Assembly (NCBI GenBank): GCA_964035545.1
Contig: CAXIUT010000272.1
Coordinates: 65,120-94,037 of the forward strand
Source: Bugula neritina
Lineage: Eukaryota; Animalia; Bryozoa
Direction of reading: 5' to 3'
Length of the DNA: 28,918 nucleotides
The position numbers were made by a program, and so were the translations under genes. The notes beneath the pieces are model-generated. The model worked only from the letters and a program-made list of their open reading frames with translations, did not search any database and was not told the origin of the DNA. Shown here one piece after another: positions 1-12,200 of this stretch (position 1 is its first letter; every line of letters starts with the position of its first letter).

Positions 1-87
1 CCCAACCCCAACCCCAACCCCAACCCCAACCCCAACCCCAACCCCAACCCCAACCCCAACCCCAACCCCAACCCCAACCCCAACCCC
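1..87 (+). repeat. Left telomere, (CCCCAA)n
   Basis: CCCAA + 13x CCCCAA + CCCC at the 5' end; the C4A2 repeat is known from oligohymenophorean ciliates such as Tetrahymena. Confidence 0.98.
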
Positions 88-163
88 AGCTTAGTAGCTA
101 TGCAACTGATAATAATATCATTTATTATTTATATCTGATAAGTATTGTATAACCTAGTAATAA

Positions 164-2210
164 TCAAAAAAAGTAGTGTTCCCCTGCAATAACAAATGTC
201 CTCAACATCTCAACGTTATTTATGAAACTTATATGCGCTGCACGACCAATCAAGTTGTCTAAATTTCTATATCAAATCAAAAGTACTGTTATGGAATCAG
301 AAAATTAACATCCACTCGAATCAAACATCCCTTGAAGTTCAATAACATGTTATCTATCATTTGACAATGAATTTTGCCTTTCTGAACATTCGAACGGTCA
401 TCCTGAAGACTCTAGTTGTGCTTTTGAACTCGAGCAGAGTAGTAAGGAACATAACTGTCTTGATGGGAAGACAATAAAACTATTTTTTTGAACCATTACA
501 GTCCCTTTTTCTGAGATAGTTTGAACATAAAAGTCTATTAGGCTTTTTAATTATCTTTCATAGTCATTTCCATCAAAGAAGTACACTTTTTAACTGTATT
601 CATAAACCAAAGTCCTACATCCACCAATTTAGAATCAGAATACGAATATCCTAAATGAGGACTAGAAAGAGTAACAAAGCTATAAAAATATTATTTGTAT
701 TTTTATAATCTAGGCAAAGCTGAACGAATAATCAACCCGCCCATAGAATGACCAACCAAACATACTTTTGGTATACTATGATATTTTGAAAGCTCATAAT
801 CTATCTCTGAAGCAAGACGAGATCCCATAGTCTCTATCTACCCTTAGGTTCTTCCTTAGTTCATTGATGAAATGTAAACTCTTATTTTGCTTTCATAGTA
901 CCTCTTCAACTATATTTTCAACTTTTAAAAATCCATTCTACAAGCACCCAGACCATGTACCAGGATAATAAACATTTACTCTTATAGAGGTTTATCAATG
1001 TACCCTGACTTGCTTGATTTTTATTAGAAAAAAATTGGTCTCTGCTGACTGAAAAACCTTTCATTTACTATTGGAAATTCCTTGTAAATCTAAGGATATA
1101 ATTCTTTATTGAACTAGCTATTCTTATTTCTTAGTTGAGTTGCTAGTTTATTTCTCAAAGAAGTCTCTTCTCCAAACATGTCAATATCCCAACTCCCTTT
1201 AAAGCTTGAAACTGACTACTTGATCTTTGCTGACAACTTCTTTCTATATAAAGACATTTTTTAGATAAGATAAAGAGTAGCTTAAGGAGATAGTAGTTTT
1301 CTCAATAGTTAACGCCAGAGCTAGTATATTTTTTGTGCATTCTAATGTAAATTTTTTTAGAATAATTGATATTTTTCAATTTTATAATCTTTGCTAATTG
1401 AAAATATTTTTTGTCTCCTTTTCCTAGCTATTATCTTAGAATCAAGCACTTCTTCCTCACCTGATCCAATTTAAGTCTATCCCTCCCATACATCAATCTG
1501 AGACTATATTTTTTCCAAAATAGATTCCTATTCCTCAACACAATCTATTTCCACCTACTCCTTCAATATCATACTCGAATGCTAAGCCAACTCCGTATAA
1601 TATCTCTTTCCTTAATTCTTTAAATATTCCATAATTTCTTCAACGTTATTTTTATAGTATTTTTGACAAAAAGTCTTCAAATCGATTGCTATATCATCTG
1701 CCAAGAACTCGTACTTGTAGTGGCAGTGATGAAATGAAGCTAAAATTTGAATAGGAGCTGGTTAGTAAAAATCTATTTACAAATACTAATGAAGTGCTTG
1801 ACCATTGATGAGTGCGTTAAATTGAGATACTGTTTTTTGACGGTCAGAATCTACTTGTAAAAGTTAAATTTGTAGTGATAGCATTGATATTTCTGATTGC
1901 TAGCTAGTTAAAGGTGAATCTAGCTTGAACACAAATATTTCACTTAGATCTACCTTCATAATCAAAGAGATACAGTTGCAGATGATTTCAAGGAGAAGGT
2001 TCTTGTAGTGAAAGCTTCATCATCGAACTAAGATCTATTTTATGTTTTAGCAGGTTATTTTTCAATGATGCAGACTGGAGTAGCTAATAGACTATGTTTT
2101 TTAGTTCGTTCAGATAGAATTAATCTCAATGCGAAGCGTCCGCTGGTGTTAAGAGACAGATTTCTTAGAGAGGAGAGATGAATAGCAAGTTCTTCATTAG
2201 AAATGATCAT
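164..2210 (-). CDS. FAM135-like protein with C-terminal DUF676 alpha/beta-hydrolase (lipase-like) domain
   Basis: With UAR=Glu: FIILVHGLGA, VGHSMGGLIIRSAL (GxSxG), FVTLSSPHLGY, NLDNLIGRAAHISF. 20-nt introns at 1954-1973 and 267-286 restore the frame. TGA at 164-166; about 668 aa. Confidence 0.88.
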
Positions 2211-2401
2211 TGTTTCGAATGTTTACTAATTATATGAATAACTGTAACGGGAGTTCTCTTCTATTATTAAGAGTTATAGATGATAGAATAATTGATAAAT
2301 TTTGAATATTTAGCAAGTGGAAAAGAGAAAATAATAGCCAAAATTGAATTAATAGGTTTGTTATTAAATTATAGTTAACATTTATACAGTTATTATTTAA
2401 A

Positions 2402-3318
2402 ATGAATCAAGAGGATTCTCTCAACTCTCTTCATCAGTATATTGAAGCACTACAAAAATAACTATAAACCAAATCTCAAGAACAAGCCACTCTTTACAGA
2501 AGTTTGTAAAATTACTAACATTAGCTAAAAACTCTAGATCAACTATATTAAAGTAAAAGAACTTTAACTAATGAAGTAGTTGAACTTAGAGGACAAGTAT
2601 AAAATTTACTGAAAGAAAGAAAACAAATGATCGAGGTTTAAAATACTTTGTAGCTTTATTAAAATCAAGCTGAAGTAATGAGAAATGTAATTGAATAAAA
2701 TGAATTAAAATTGCTATAAAAACAAAAATATACCTAATAACTGATCGATTAAAACTAAAGTCTTTATTCAGAAATAGAAAAACTAAGATAAAAACTTAAA
2801 CAATAATATGTAACTAATTTTTAACGAAGTTAAACAAATAAAATATAAAAAACTAACTTATATCTCAATCAAAAAGTCTCCAATATTAACGAAAAGAAAA
2901 TTAAGAACTAGAATAAAAGATTAATTAACTGATTAATAACTATATGAAGATATAGAAAGTAGTCATTGAGAAAGATTATCAAGTGAAAGAAGCAAGATAG
3001 TTAGCTCAAGAAGTAAAGTAGTACGCAGATTCTCTTAAAGATTAGATAGGACAAAAAGACATCATGATTAGTTGTTTAACTAATGAGTTAGATGAAGTAA
3101 GAAAGAGTTATGTGAAAGAAACAACAAACGATGTTTTGGAGGGAATTCCAAAAGTAAAACTAATCCAACAACATAATCTACTGGTTGAAAGAATGCACGC
3201 CCTTTAAAGATAAAATAGAGGATATCTACCGTTCTAGTCAACGACAAGTCACCTTTAAGCCAAGTTATAGATTCTCAAAGAACAGTATGAGTCTCTTTCT
3301 CAGAGTCTTTAATTGTGA
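2402..3318 (+). CDS. Hypothetical coiled-coil protein
   Basis: ATG 2402 to TGA 3316-3318; E/K/Q/L-rich heptad-like sequence. One 20-nt intron at 2810-2829; about 298 aa. Confidence 0.75.
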
Positions 3319-3345
3319 TAATGATATGAGTTAATATATATAATA

Positions 3346-5067
3346 ATGTTTCGTAGTTGCCAGTCACTGCTATTCAGTACAGGCAAAGTTCAAAAGAAAC
3401 CTCAAGTTGTAAAGGAAGCAATCAAATACGTCAATCAGATGAAACCGTTCATCGTACCCTTTATGCATAACAACCCAGATATTACGAAGGCCCTATTGAA
3501 ATCATATGGATTATTGGGATTAAGTAAATTATGTTTTTTCGGGGGACCTTTCCTGCTTAAGTTAGGAGTCAATGCTTTATCAAATCCAGCTGCAGCCTTC
3601 AATCCTTTGCTTTACTTTTTTGGATTCGGGATATGCTACAGTGGGTCAGTCCTATTCGAACAAATGCGTAACCTTCAAACACTAAAACTCATCAATGCTG
3701 CCCTTGTATAAACAACTTCTAAAGCCTATAAACATATGCTTAGTTTAGGCCCTGAATTTTATTTTAGTGGTTCACAAAGACATATTTTATTCAACCTCTA
3801 TAAAGCTCAAAGTGCTTTTGAACAAAACCTAAAAAGCTTTACTCAATACTTTGTACCAATCACCCTTGACATCACCTTAAGCATAGCTCTGTTACTTTAT
3901 TATTCAAATCCTTTATTTGCTTTATCTTTTTCAAGTTGTCTAATTGCCTATGCGATCTTCACAGTCCGCTATTCAAACTTCAGACAAAATTTAATAAAAA
4001 AGTTCAGAGCCTCAGAGAAACATATCGACTTCATAACATCTGAAACCTTTGGAAACTACTATAATGTGAAATATTTCCAACAATAAAACTCCTAACTCTT
4101 AAAATACCAAAGATCCCTTTAAAACTACTATGACAAAAACTATGACGTACAAAGAAGTTTAACCATATTGAACAGTGCTCAGCGAGCAATATTCGGTACA
4201 GGACTAACATTCAATATGATGCTAGCTGCATACTACACTCAAATAGGTCTTCTAACTACTGGTGATATTATTCTTATTCAATCTTTGATGTTACAATTCT
4301 TGAGTCCTCTTTTTTTCCTTGGTTCTATGTACAGATCGTTTAATGAACATTTGATTGATATCCAAAAAATAACAGATATTATGGACACTCCTGCTTCAGT
4401 GAGTGAAGGTAGTAAGTAAATAACAGAAATAAAAGGAAAGATTTAATTCAAAAATGTAGGATTCAAGTATTTACATGATTCTAGCTATATTTTTTAGGAT
4501 GTTAATTTTACAGTAGAAGAAGGGCAATTCGTAGCAATTATAGGAAGAAGTGGAGCAGGAAAAACATCCATTCTCAATCTGATATTCAGATTATATGATC
4601 CTCAGACAGGATAAATATCCTTAGATGGATAAAATATAAAAGATTTAACTTTTGCCTATCGTAATCACATTGCTTTTGTATCACAATCTCCTTATCTCTT
4701 TAATGGAACTGTCATGGAAAATCTAAAATATGGAAACCCAGAATCAGATTAATAAAAAATTTACTAACTCACTAAAAGACTTCGCCTACATTAAATAATT
4801 CAACAACTTCCTCTTCAATACAACACTAAAGTTGGATAAAAAGGTAACATTTTTTCAGGAGGATAGAAACAAAGAATATCTCTTATTCGAGCTCTTATGA
4901 GAAATTCAAAAATACTTCTATTAGATTAACCATCTTCCTCACTTGATGCTTAAAGCGAAAGAGTAGTTGGATAAGTTCTTAGCGAATTGAAAGGCACTAC
5001 TCGTATCATTGTGACCCATCGTGAAGGAATACTTCAATTTACTGATGAGATAGTCAGAATAAAATGA
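3346..5067 (+). CDS. ABCB-family half transporter, ABCB7/Atm1-like (probably mitochondrial)
   Basis: Intronless 573-aa ORF joining three track ORFs. TMD followed by NBD with Walker A GRSGAGKT, Q-loop FVSQ, signature FSGG[TAG]KQR, Walker B LLLD[TAA]P and H-loop VTHR. TMD segment LQFLSPLFFLGSMYR resembles Atm1. Confidence 0.9.
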
Positions 5068-5136
5068 TAATGATGCAATGTTTGATTAATTAAGTTTATA
5101 ACAGACAGAGGTCTAATATTTAAACAGATTTCCAAA

Positions 5137-5557
5137 TCAAAATTGTTTTTGATTGATACCAATCCTGTTCTCAATATTTTATATTCTTTATTATAGAAGC
5201 GAGAGATGGTCCTGCAGTCTCAGTTTCTAATTTTTAATGATTCCTATCAATTCCACCAATTGATTATTTTTCTATTTTTGTTCACTAATGTGCTTTTTCC
5301 TAAATTTAACTATCAGTACACTTTGTAGTTTATTTGTTCTAATTTCTAAGTCAAAAGAGAGCGGATAAAATTTGTTTTATCTGACAAGATTGTAGACTAT
5401 GTGCCTTCTTCAATTTATGATAGCACCTGTCTGATCTAAGCTTCACTACAACTAATTGTGTCTTTCATCTTTCTGGCTTGCATCTAGATATTTAAAATAG
5501 TACTTAGAGGTTGAGAAGACGACCTTTGAGAGTAGGATTTGATTGGTCTTTTGACAT
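5137..5557 (-). CDS. Small hypothetical coiled-coil protein
   Basis: MSKDQSNPTLKGRLLNLE...LEERIENIENRIGINQKQF*. 20-nt introns at 5484-5503 and 5300-5319. An alternative in-frame ATG lies at 5593. Confidence 0.7.
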
Positions 5558-5602
5558 TAATTATAACTTCCTTATCAATAATAATGAATTCATTTCAAAG
5601 TA

Positions 5603-6585
5603 TCAACGATGCTTGTTAAATGCAGTGGTCTTCTAAACTTCTGGCTTATTCTTTATGCAGATATTCTTTCGCCATTCATCATCTGCTATCGCTTTAGGAC
5701 CCTCTCTAGTAAAAGTTTCAACTTATCTGGTTAGGAATTGTTTGTAGTACTGTTTATATGCTCGATATCCTACTTCTTTTCCGTTGATGAACACTCCCAT
5801 AGGTCCATACTTGATACGAGCTTGTCTTTTTTCTTCAAGAGATTCAAGAGTTTAGTGTTTCAAGACACTAAATTAAGAACTCTTTTCTTTGAGTTCATTA
5901 ATTTAGTCTTACTTCTCTTCATCTTCAGAAGACTCATTGATTTTCCACAAATAAAAAAGCTCAAATTGTCCAAATTCTTCAATATTTAACTTGGCATGAC
6001 CACTATCAATCATATGTTGTTTGCAGCTATCCTGAGATCCGAATTAAAGGTTACAAAAGATGCATTTACCTTTTTTGATGATGCTTCTTATGTATTCATT
6101 CAATCCATCCACATTCACGCATTCTTATTTGAAAGGAGGGAAACAATGAGTTTTCGCTAAATGTTATTAAGTCGAAATATGAGGACAAAAAGGACATATT
6201 TCATGCACTTCTTTATCTTCAATTAATTAAAATTATGATAAAGAAGATGATTCACTCTTTTCATGGTAGAGCATATGTTTACGTTTCTTTTTATGTTTTT
6301 GAGAATTGATGTGATGCTTGTATGTCTGGGGCGATAAAAACTTTTTGGAACAAAGGTCACAATAAATCTAATTTTCTGATTGACTCTTTGATGAAAGTTC
6401 ACTTTGGAATTCTTAATAAAAAAGAAGTAACGTGTTTGATAGTCATGTAGGTTAAGGGGAGGTAATCCTATAAGTTTTCTTTTGACATTGTAGCGATGGT
6501 GTTATGATTTGTAATGTTCCTTATAGAGTAATTCGTTGGAAAATGGGAGCTGACAGTTAACGCAAGTGTATTGGGTCTAGTTCAT
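5603..6585 (-). CDS. REI1: REI1/ZNF622-like C2H2 zinc-finger pre-60S maturation factor
   Basis: YTCVNCQLPF..HYKSEHHRYNVKRKLIGLPPL, YCDLCSKKF..HINSQKH, CIFCNLEFGS..KQHMIDSGH, VGYRAYKQYYKQ. 20-nt intron at 6412-6431. Confidence 0.88.
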
Positions 6586-6884
6586 ATAATGATTATGTGC
6601 AAAAGCTCTAATCAAAGAATTAAACAAAGTTTAAAATTATTATTATAATCTTAATAACCTATAAATGATTTAATATATTAAACTAATTTAAGATTTTTTA
6701 TGAACTATAAATTTTATTTATCAAATAAGAATAAATAAATTAATATTGAAAGAAAATTTATCTTAATAAATTTTGTTATAATATTAGTTTAAGTCATTTA
6801 GGAGTTAAATTTGCAGCTTATTATCTTCTGCAGCAATAGATCTAAACTAAACATACAACTTAAATAAAACAAATAAATATTATA

Positions 6885-8654
6885 TCAAAGGAGCAAATAT
6901 TTCGATTGGTCGTACTTCTAAAGAAGAGAAGCCATTCCTTCATTCATTTTTGGAGGCCCACAGATCCACACTTTTGCTATAGTTTCCTTATTTTGGAGTT
7001 GTTCATTAACCAATCCTTAGAAGCGCTCAGAAATTATCTTTATCCTGATTCTTTACCACAATTCTTCTGAAGGTTTTTCTTTAAATTTAAGAAGTACATT
7101 GAAACAATCAGTTTTGTCGAGGTATGCCAGTTGCATAAGGGTTAGTTTGTGAATTTCTAGGACCTAGCTGAATGAAGCATAGAGCTGGAAAGTATTTTTC
7201 TAAAGGAAAGGAGCAGCTAGGATGGGACTGGCTTATAAAAAGCTGTTCCTATATTATGGGTATTGTTTCATGTACTATCTTTTAAACATTAAGTCAATAA
7301 AATCGCTGAAGGGAAGTATTCCTGTTCCTCCAGCTACAATGATGACTTTTCCTTCACCCAATTCTTTCAGTTAGAGTCCCAATCCTTTTTCACAGCTGAG
7401 GTTAATATCCATTTTTTCTTTGTTTTTCATTTTATTTACTAATCCAGAAGTCTGTTTACCAAAAGGATATTTCTTAAGCACTATTGGAACATAAACAAAC
7501 GATTTATTTACTTCTGTATCTGCTTATTTTCTCACTAACCAGACATCAGTACAAGATTGTTTGTTTTACGGGTACTCAATTTCATGCTGATACTGCAACT
7601 CTTCAAGGAATATTTTTTACATTAGCTCAATGTTGTTATTGTTGACGAAGTAGACATTAGTATAGAGTCGGGTGCAAATTTTATCGAAGCATAGCGATCT
7701 GAATCTACCTAGTTGTGCCATATCTTTGTATCCTTAGAAATAAATAGTCTTTTTTCTTTTAGGTTTAAATTTTATTTCATAAAGTTGGCACTATTCAGAT
7801 ACAAGAACAAAACTGTGAATGACTACTGAGGTGTCTTCAGTTAAGGCAGGAATAGTTTGAGGGATATTGAGATGAGCAACCGGTTTTCCCATCAGTTCTA
7901 AACTTTTATACGAATGAGAATAAGCTGGTATTTATGGAAGAAGAGATGAAGAGTACATTCCATAAAGGTATCGATCTATGTCTCTATTTTTGACTGTTTC
8001 CAAGATCTGTAGACCTGCTGGATGATAACTATTGATGTCATCGAGATCATAGACTCTGTTTGAGAAAATAACATAGTTTTTAGTAGAGTCAAGTTCTTTA
8101 AGAGACTATATTCCTTGACTTTTTTCCTAGACTGTGAGTAGCTCTGAAGGAGGGTACAATTATAAATCTGGAAAGGTCTTTTTTCTGATAATGATGAGAA
8201 CTATAGTTGCCAGGTCCATTCCTAGTAGTCCCCAAAAGTAGTTATATCGTCCTTTTAAATCTGACACGATTAGGTATAAGCCTTTACAAAGCAGAAGTGT
8301 GAGGTAGCCAACGATTTTATGTAGCAGTTTTATCTTGAGGATAGTTGAGGAGCTGAAGTTGTAGATGTTGACGATTCTAAGTGCAATTCCAAGTATGAGG
8401 GAAAATGTGATTGCGAGCATAATGATAGAGCCAATGACGTAGTGTTTGAAAATAGGATCTTCGTAGAGGGGATATCCATTTTTAATAAGGATGGGGAGAG
8501 AAATACTCATGGTAAATACTCCGATGATGAACCCTACGATCGAATGGAAGAGAATAGCATAGCGTCGGTAAGCATAGAAAGAGAAGAAAAGGGTTATGTT
8601 CATTATAGGTCCCCAAAGTAAATAGAGAGTATCTCTATGAATGGAATTTGGCAT
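6885..8654 (-). CDS. Membrane oxidoreductase: cytochrome b561-like TM domain + cytochrome b5 domain + FAD/NAD(P)H-binding reductase domain
   Basis: Intronless, about 589 aa. His residues in or next to TM helices (SIHRD, LFHSI, FKHYV, LLHKI). b5 motif RVYDL..HPAG...DIDRYLYG..SHS. Reductase motifs RLYT, VAGGTGILPF, WICGPPKMN. An upstream in-frame ATG at 8717 is possible. Confidence 0.85.
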
Positions 8655-9237
8655 GCTTTTTCTATATATTTTAAAAAGAATGTTAAAAATAACTAGATAA
8701 TTTTTAATTTTTAACATAAGTTAATTTGATAGATCTCCAAATAACTAATATCTTAAAATAAGATTTATTTTAATGATCCTCATCTTCTGAATATTATTTA
8801 TAAGTGAAAAAGATAATTATAAAAAATACTAAAACTAATGGAATTAAGCTACGATAAAATGCATTAACATATGATAATTCGCTAATCAATATGATCAAAT
8901 ATTAGCTTTATAGCATTCAATAATCATCCATTTATTTCTATTTGTATATTTTATATTTTTATATTAGTAATGTGTGATTCAAAAAGTTAAGGCAACTGAA
9001 GTAGATAAAGAGTAAAAAAGATAGATCAATAGAATTGAATTATTTAAAAGTTTTAAACAAAAAATATCAACTTATTTTTGATAATTTTATCTTATTTATT
9101 TCACTAAAATAAATTGAATTTCAATAATAATTTAAAACCAAGATAGTTTTTATTCTCAATTCAGATTTTAATCATAATTTAGATCTAATTTTAACTTTTT
9201 AAAATCAATAAATTATTTGATTCAATAATATTAGAAA

Positions 9238-12200
9238 TCATTTCATTTCAATCAATCTTTATATCCCTTCATTAACTTCACTTTATTCCCTTTCTATCTA
9301 TGCTTCGAATGATTGGACTACTTCCTTATCTTATTTAGATTAAATATTTTATTCTTTTTCTTTTTATTCGGTAATAATCATCTCTTAGTTATTTAGATTA
9401 TTTTCTTTTGATTGAATGATTTATGGTTATACATTTTAAACAATTTTTATCTTTTTAGTTATTGTTACTTCTTGATGCATTTCTTCATTCTCATCAGTAA
9501 AATAATTATTTTTTAAAACATTATGATTTTATTTTTATAAGGTTTTTTCATTGAAAACTAAAGATGGATAAAGTAAAGTAGAATTTGAGTTAATGTTAAT
9601 AGCTTTATTCATTTAAATATGACTTTTCTCACTTTCTTATTTCTCAATCTTAAATGATCCTTCAAATTTCTATTTTATTCTTGATTACTTTTTCAATTAC
9701 CCAGAAAAAGAGTTTATTTCTTCTTCTTTGATTTTATCTTAACACCACTTCATCATACTATATATAACATAGTAGAGTTTTATCAAAGTGATACTTCCAA
9801 AGCCAATTCCTGCACAAATCAAAAGAGTCAAATACTCTAGCTCAAGAAGAGAAGTATTAATAACAAGAAGATATAGTATCCTTTCTAAAAGATAAAGATA
9901 TTTATTGAATTTTTATGAATGATAAAACCACATATCACCAAAGATAAAAATGAACTCTTAAAAACTGAAAAAGATAATGTAATAATTTTTTCCATAAACT
10001 ATAAGAAGAATTCCTACTACTCTGAACAAGTTGTTAATCTGATAAAGCTAAATTTTGAGATTATCTTTGACCATAAAGATATAGTAAAGTCCATAACCAA
10101 GACAAATTAGAATAGAAATCAGAATAGTAAAAGCATAAGCCAAGTTAGTTGATGTGATTGTGTTGTTTTGAGTACTTAATAAACAAAGAAGACACCCAAA
10201 AACTATAATAACAGAAGAGTAAACCAACAAGTGATTGTGTAGAGTCTTGCATTGTTCTTTACTCAGGTTATTTTATTGATAGTAAAAGACCAAAAAGAAA
10301 GTCCAAAGAACTACCTAGATCAAAATAAAGATTTCTATGAAACTTCCAAAGTTGTAGAGTAAGTTCTGAGTTCCATAGACAAAGACTGCTGAGTCAATCG
10401 CTACTTCAGAATAACCTACTTTCTTGAGGATAGTTTAGAATAAGTTCGGAATGAAGTCTAACTCATAAAAACTATAACCTTTGACTACATTAAAGAACTG
10501 AAAATCAATAGGAAACTATCTGATTCTAGATAATCCGAATATTTGAACCATCATGACAAAAGACATACACTCAGCGATAAGTTTATTGTCTTTCAAAAGG
10601 AAAATAGCCAACATCAAAAAGACAAAGCTAGCACAAGTAAAGATAATGCCTTCTATGTAGAGATTGATGTTATTGTAAAAGACATAATAGTAAGAGTCGA
10701 GAAAAGAAGGATTACTTAAACTAAAAGTGCCAGTGAGTTGGTTGTAAGTCAAACCATCTGATGTCAGAAGAATACCTGCTTGAAAAGTAACTGAGATACT
10801 AGTCGCCCAGAGATTAGCTTCATTGTAGTTAGTCAAAATAGTCAAAAAAGTCCTATCACTACTGATAGTTAGAGACTAAACATTTAGAGAAACAGTTGAA
10901 AGAAGCAAACGAGTATCAGTTATCACCAAAACAACTGTCATTCCATTCATAATTTACGTAGCTGAAGAGTTTTAGCTTATTCCTTGAGGTAGTGATACTT
11001 TGTGCTCATAGTTTCTCCCTTCATTGATGACTAGAGTACTCACTTGGAAACCAATAGCACAAGAACTACCAGAAGCACAGGCCTAACAAGTTGGGACTGT
11101 TCCTGTAGTTCCAACTAATCCATCAGGACAACTCTCATAACAAACTCCATTATAAGTGTAAGTAGTGTTAGGACAAGATGAAAGACAAGTGTTATTGTAA
11201 AATAGTAGAGTACTAGCACAAGTAAGGCAAGAAGTACTTGAAATATTACAAGTGAGACAGTTACTATCGCATAGTTGACAGTAGTTAGGTTGACTGTTGT
11301 CTATGAACTGTCCATCAGGACAGGTACTTGCACAAGTTGTTCCTCCATTCTAAAGGTAATAAATAATAGTTGAGTTTGTGACTGGGTCAGTTATGGTTCT
11401 ACACTAACTACATTGAGTATTCGATGGTCCAGTACAACTACTACACTTCACATCACAGGACTAACATAATAAAGCTGAGGTATTTGCATAGTAAGAAGTA
11501 GGACAAGTTGATGAACAAGTTGCTGAAGGAGTAAGAAGATTATTAGTAGCAGAGGGATTACAACTGGTGCAGTTACTACTAACAACACTACAAGTCAGAC
11601 AGTTAGGGGAACAAGGCTGGCAAGTTAGTGGGGATCCTGAAGCAAACTGACCATCTGGACAACCCTGAATGCACTAAGAAGAAGTAGTCAAAACATATCC
11701 TGCAGTATTATTGCAATCAGTGCACGATGTGTTGGAGTTAGGTTGGTTGCAGCGAAGGCAATCAGTATGACAAATATTACAGATATGAGAAGGAGAGTTT
11801 GTGGTATTTTCATAGTAGTTAGAACAAGTAGAAACACAGTAAGCTCCAACTTAGTCGAGATAAAATTGAGTTCCTATCGTGCTAGTGCCACAAGAAGTAC
11901 AAAGAATTGAAGAAGCTACACAAGTACTGCAGTTACTATCACATAGAAGACAAGTTGAAGGAGTTCCACCTGAATATTGACCATCAGGGCAACCAGAAAT
12001 GCAAGAAGTCGTTGAGTTAACCGCAAAGTTATAGCTTGATTTACAACTAATACAATCAGTGCTGGAGTTGGCAGCACTACAAGTCTAACAAGCCTAGTTA
12101 CATTGATCACACTGGGAAGATGATGAATTTACCAAGTAGTTCTGACTACATGTAGTAAAACACATATTAGTATTGAAGTCAAGATAAGCCTGACTTCCAA

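Noticed and set aside
3346-4419. Three separate short ABC ORFs, or a pseudogene with nonsense mutations
   Set aside because: All are in one frame, separated only by TAA codons that encode Glu; the motifs are intact.
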